A stretch of DNA of 64,000 nt from Callorhinchus milii. Lineage: Eukaryota. Under the pieces are notes generated by a model that had not been told where the DNA came from, did not search any database, and saw only the letters and a program-made list of their open reading frames with translations. Made by a program: the position numbers and the translations under genes. The DNA lies in NCBI RefSeq assembly GCF_018977255.1, contig NW_024704742.1, forward strand, positions 6,636,001-6,700,000, given 5' to 3'. Shown here in pieces: positions 60,580 to 64,000 of the stretch. The first letter of the stretch is position 1. Each line of letters opens with the position of its first letter.

Positions 60580-61020
60580 GTCTCATTGATTTCAGCAGTG
60601 TTAAACAACCGTAAAAATCCCACATGTGGAACTTCATGAAATATCTTCCCAAGTTCCAAGTGACTGATATCTACCGTATAACGCTTATCCACTAGTTTAG
60701 TTACTTCATCAAAGAATTCCGATAGATTTGTGAGACCTGACCTATTCCTTCGAAATCCTTGCTTACCTCGCGTTACACCATCTGTGCTCTTCAGATGAGC
60801 TTTAATAGCATCCTGTATAACGTTCTCAAACATTTTCTGCACTACAGATGTTGGGTTAACTGATCTAAGATTGCCAGGTTCACATCTCAATTCTTTTTTT
60901 GAATAGTGGGGGTAACATTGGCTATCAACCAGTTCTCAGGTGCAGCTCCTGTCTTTATGGAGCTCATAAAAATATTAACTGGAGCCTCATCTGTTTCCTC
61001 TTGGCGTTTCCTTGAGGATC
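60580..61020 (-). mobile_element. CR1 LINE RT N-terminal fragment
   Basis: PGNLRSVNPTSVVQKMFE..QGFRRNRSGLTNLSEFFDEVT..VDISHLELGKIFHEVPH, a degenerate CR1 RT motif set. Confidence 0.85.
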
Positions 61021-61105
61021 AAAGAGAATATTTCAGCTGTCCTGTACATATAAATTGATGCTCAACTGATATTGACTTTTATTGAAGATTTTTAATGTTC
61101 CTTTA

Positions 61106-61823
61106 TAGCCAGCTGGGTAAAGGCATGGCATCTTCACACCATACAGAGCAGGAGGTTTGCTGATCTCAGCCGAGTGCCTCTTCCCTCCCATTGCCATGAC
61201 AGGAAGGGGGCCAATTAATGGCAGCTCTGGAAGGCGTCAATCACCTTGGACACGCAGCTAATTGGTCCCAACCCCGTCCACCGGATGCAGTCACTGCTCC
61301 CCCCACCCCCGAGCCACTTGTGAATGGCTGGAGTCCACTGTCAATCACAATGCGAATCTTCCCATCTCCATCATGGAGTCGCTCATGGCTGAATGGAGCT
61401 GCTCGAGACACAGAAGACGCGGGTGAGGAGACTCAGTACAATTAGCCTCAATGTCTCTGGATTAGGGGTCGGAAAAAGCAACCCTGATTCCTGCTCCTGA
61501 TCACAATTCACACATGTGCACCTTCCAGCAAGGGGTCTCTGCAGAACATGCTCAATGGGCTGAATGGTTAATATGTTACGCCTTGCAGAATGGATGGGTA
61601 CAGGGTCATGCTCAGTTGAGATCATGCTCAATCTCCCACACGCACCCCTTCCCTTCCCCCCACCGCTCCCTCCACCCCAGAACCTATGATCGAGTACTGC
61701 AAGTACTCACTGACAAAGGCTAACACGTGGGTAGTGATCAGATGGGCGAGGAACTGGAGGGTGACTGGCTCCAATGGAACTTTACTTTAGAAAGAAATCA
61801 AAAACCTTCAGGAGAGAAGGGGC
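61106..61823 (+). mobile_element. AmnSINE2-like SINE relic interrupted by unrelated sequence
   Basis: Collinear blocks ccatacagagcagga..gctgatctcagccg | tacaattagcctcaatg..ttcctgctcctgatc | gggcgaggaactggaggg..ccttcaggagag match the recalled AmnSINE2 consensus and 21540-21676. Confidence 0.6.
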
Positions 61824-62089
61824 AGTGAGGTGATGGTGTCTTGCTACAAAGAATGGATATAGAACGTATTAGAATTTATGCCATTTAACTTTGTTCCCAT
61901 CTCTATGGTTCGCGTCTTAACTTCCACATTTACAGAGATGACAAACAAATTTACTTCTCCATTTCTCCTCTTGATTTCAAGTCCACTGATTGAACCAAAT
62001 GGGGGTTAGCTTAATTAATGATTGAACTAGCTATCTACAGGTGTGAGAGAGGAGGAGGACAATGGATGGACTGAAGATAATAATACCAA

Positions 62090-62280
62090 CAATTATAATA
62101 ATTCTTGTATTTGAGATAGCTCCTTTCATGTCAGGGGTGGCATCCCAAAGCACTTCACAGAATATAGTGTAACGTGGAGTGACCTTGATTTGTGGGCGAT
62201 GGCGGCAGCCAATTTGCTCACAGCAACACCCACAAACAGCCCACAAAGCGAATGAGCAATGTTATTTTGGGAAATTATCT
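62090..62280 (-). mobile_element. Deu-type SINE 3' portion
   Basis: cccaaagcacttcacag..ggcagccaatttgctcacagcaacacccacaaacagcc. Confidence 0.7.
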
Positions 62281-63045
62281 CAAGCTATCTATAAACCGAA
62301 AGAAGGGGTTGTGAAACAGCCACAAGGCTTGAGATTTTCATTGATTCGGAAGCGGTTGTTATTTTATTTTGGAATTATTTTGCAGAATAAATAGAAACTT
62401 TTGGTTTAATCATGAGGTCCTGGATGTGAATGCCTGCTCTGACAGATTACATAGAGCCAAAACAATTAAATCTGGAATTCGACCACAGTCTTCATCAGTG
62501 AAAACTGCTGTCAAAAATCAATTTAACTCATCTGCCTTGTTCTGATCGTCAGTAAACTATTTATGGAATGTATCCCTTTAAATTACATACTTTGATCTTC
62601 AGAATGTCTTGTGACCAATGTAATTTGTAATTTTCTTTGGATCTCACTTGTTGGTTACTTTTCTATTATCCTCTTAATTTTTAGATAACCTCTCTCTGGT
62701 TCACATTGGTAAACAGTGGGGTGGCTGATTTTTTACGGTCTATGGAAAAAATAAGAATTATAATAAAACAATCAGTGGCATAATCCCCTTTTAGGAAAAG
62801 GGAGGAGGGGTAAAAAAAGGCATAATTATTGCTTGTAAACTTAAGAACAGACAAAAAAAAACATTTAGCCCACCACTGGCACAGGATTGACAGATTTATT
62901 GGATTAAGCACATATTTGTAATAGGTATCTCAAGGCATTTGCACTTTAACGTTGAGATATCACTGCAAGCTGCAAGAGCACAGGATAATTACTGTCATCT
63001 CAAACCTGAGATCTGATACGTTTTTGCAGCACAGGATTGCTGTAT

Positions 63046-63269
63046 ATAATAATAATAATAATAATAATCCTTGCATTTGATATTGCGCTTTTCACAGACG
63101 ACTCAAAGCGCTTCATAGAATATGCTGTAAAGTGAATTGACTGTATATTTGTGGGCGAAACGCGGCAGCCAATTGCGCACAGCAGCGTCCCACAAACAGT
63201 CGCGGATTGAAAATGACCCAGGTGTCTTGCTTGCAAGGCGAGTGCTCTAACCACTGAGCTGCAGGACTC
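63046..63269 (-). mobile_element. SINE family A with CORE-like segment deleted; another SINE tail at ~63281-63401
   Basis: Head gagtcctgcagctcagtggttagagc joined directly to ggtcattttcaatc. Confidence 0.85.
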
Positions 63270-63712
63270 CACAAAACCCCATAATAAATAATAATAATAA
63301 TCCTTGCATTTGATATAGCAACTTATCACATTCTTGAGACATCTCAAAGTGGTTCATAGAATATATTGTAAAGTGAAGTGACCTTACATTTTGTGGGCGA
63401 AATATGAGGTCCCTTAAAAAAAATTCATATTCTATAGATGGAGTTTGTTAAATGTTTTCATTCATTTTTTTGTGGTTCATGAATGTAATGTACATGATTT
63501 CATTGACCTTTATTACCATTCTTAATCTTATGACTTCTGGAGTATGAATAATCCTAGCTCTGCGGAAAGAACGGTTCTGTATACTCTCAGCTCATAGGCT
63601 GTGACACTGAAAATTGAGATGTATCAGTGGTGTATGAGTTCAGTTGCCTTTGGTTCTCTGAGAGTTAATTGTATAATATAAGATCAAGATGTTTGCCAAG
63701 TGTGATGAAAGG

Positions 63713-63726
63713 CAGAAGAAGAAGAT

Positions 63727-63757
<31 letters not shown>

Positions 63758-63783
63758 AAGAAGAAGAAAAAGAAGAAGAAGAA
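63713..63783 (+). repeat. (AAG)n microsatellite
   Basis: About 22 mostly perfect AAG units. Confidence 0.95.
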
Positions 63784-64000
63784 AACAACAACAAATTACA
63801 TTTATGTAGCACCTTCCACATCTCTGGGCATTCAAGGATTTGCACCCAAGCTGGGAGTTGGGATCAGGAGGGTGAAGAACAGGGAGGGTGGGGTTTGGAG
63901 GGTGTCCGAAGGTGCGGTCGAAAACGAAGGTCTTGAGATGGGCCTAGAAGGAGGCAAGGGAGGGTTGAGGTGATGGGACTGTGGGATGGAGTTCCAAAGG
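63784..64000 (-). mobile_element. L2 3' end, continuing beyond the window
   Basis: aacaacaacaaattacatttatgtagcacc.. and gggactgtgggatggagttcc as in the 23623 and 49495 copies. Confidence 0.85.

Noticed and set aside
63689..63973. Poly-lysine ORF
   Set aside because: Translation of the (AAG)n microsatellite plus antisense L2.

Overview
Vertebrate non-coding (intronic or intergenic) DNA, most likely from a cartilaginous fish. This is inferred from the repeat repertoire: SacSINE1-like Deu-SINEs, shark-type CR1 tails, shark-type Penelope ends and L2. A holocephalan such as Callorhinchus is plausible but cannot be confirmed here. I could not recognise any host protein-coding gene, rRNA, true tRNA gene or CRISPR array; most ORFs in the track are read through SINE/LINE copies. 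The window is dominated by retroposons: (i) one full-length, single-ORF but disrupted L2 LINE (~45430-48659), a closely related 5'-truncated sister (18574-20432) and several older L2 fragments; (ii) an abundant tRNA-headed SINE (family A) with a CORE-like segment, a Deu-type 3' half and an L2-type tail, in an older long form and a young internally deleted form; (iii) SacSINE1-like Deu-SINEs; (iv) CR1 fragments; (v) Penelope-like terminal fragments; (vi) AmnSINE2-like relics and one old repeat family I cannot name. The most notable observations are four identical frameshifts shared by the two young L2 copies (suggesting a defective master copied in trans), an intact minimal hammerhead-ribozyme core at 55901-55935(-) abutting a local 357-bp duplication, and SINE subfamily succession around a conserved 3' stem-loop shared with L2. 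A few repeat-free blocks hold unassigned exon-like or ORF-like segments. I found no convincing evidence of a wholly new biological system. Boundaries of degenerate repeats are by eye (about +/-10-20 nt), and family names rest on recalled consensus sequences, not a search.
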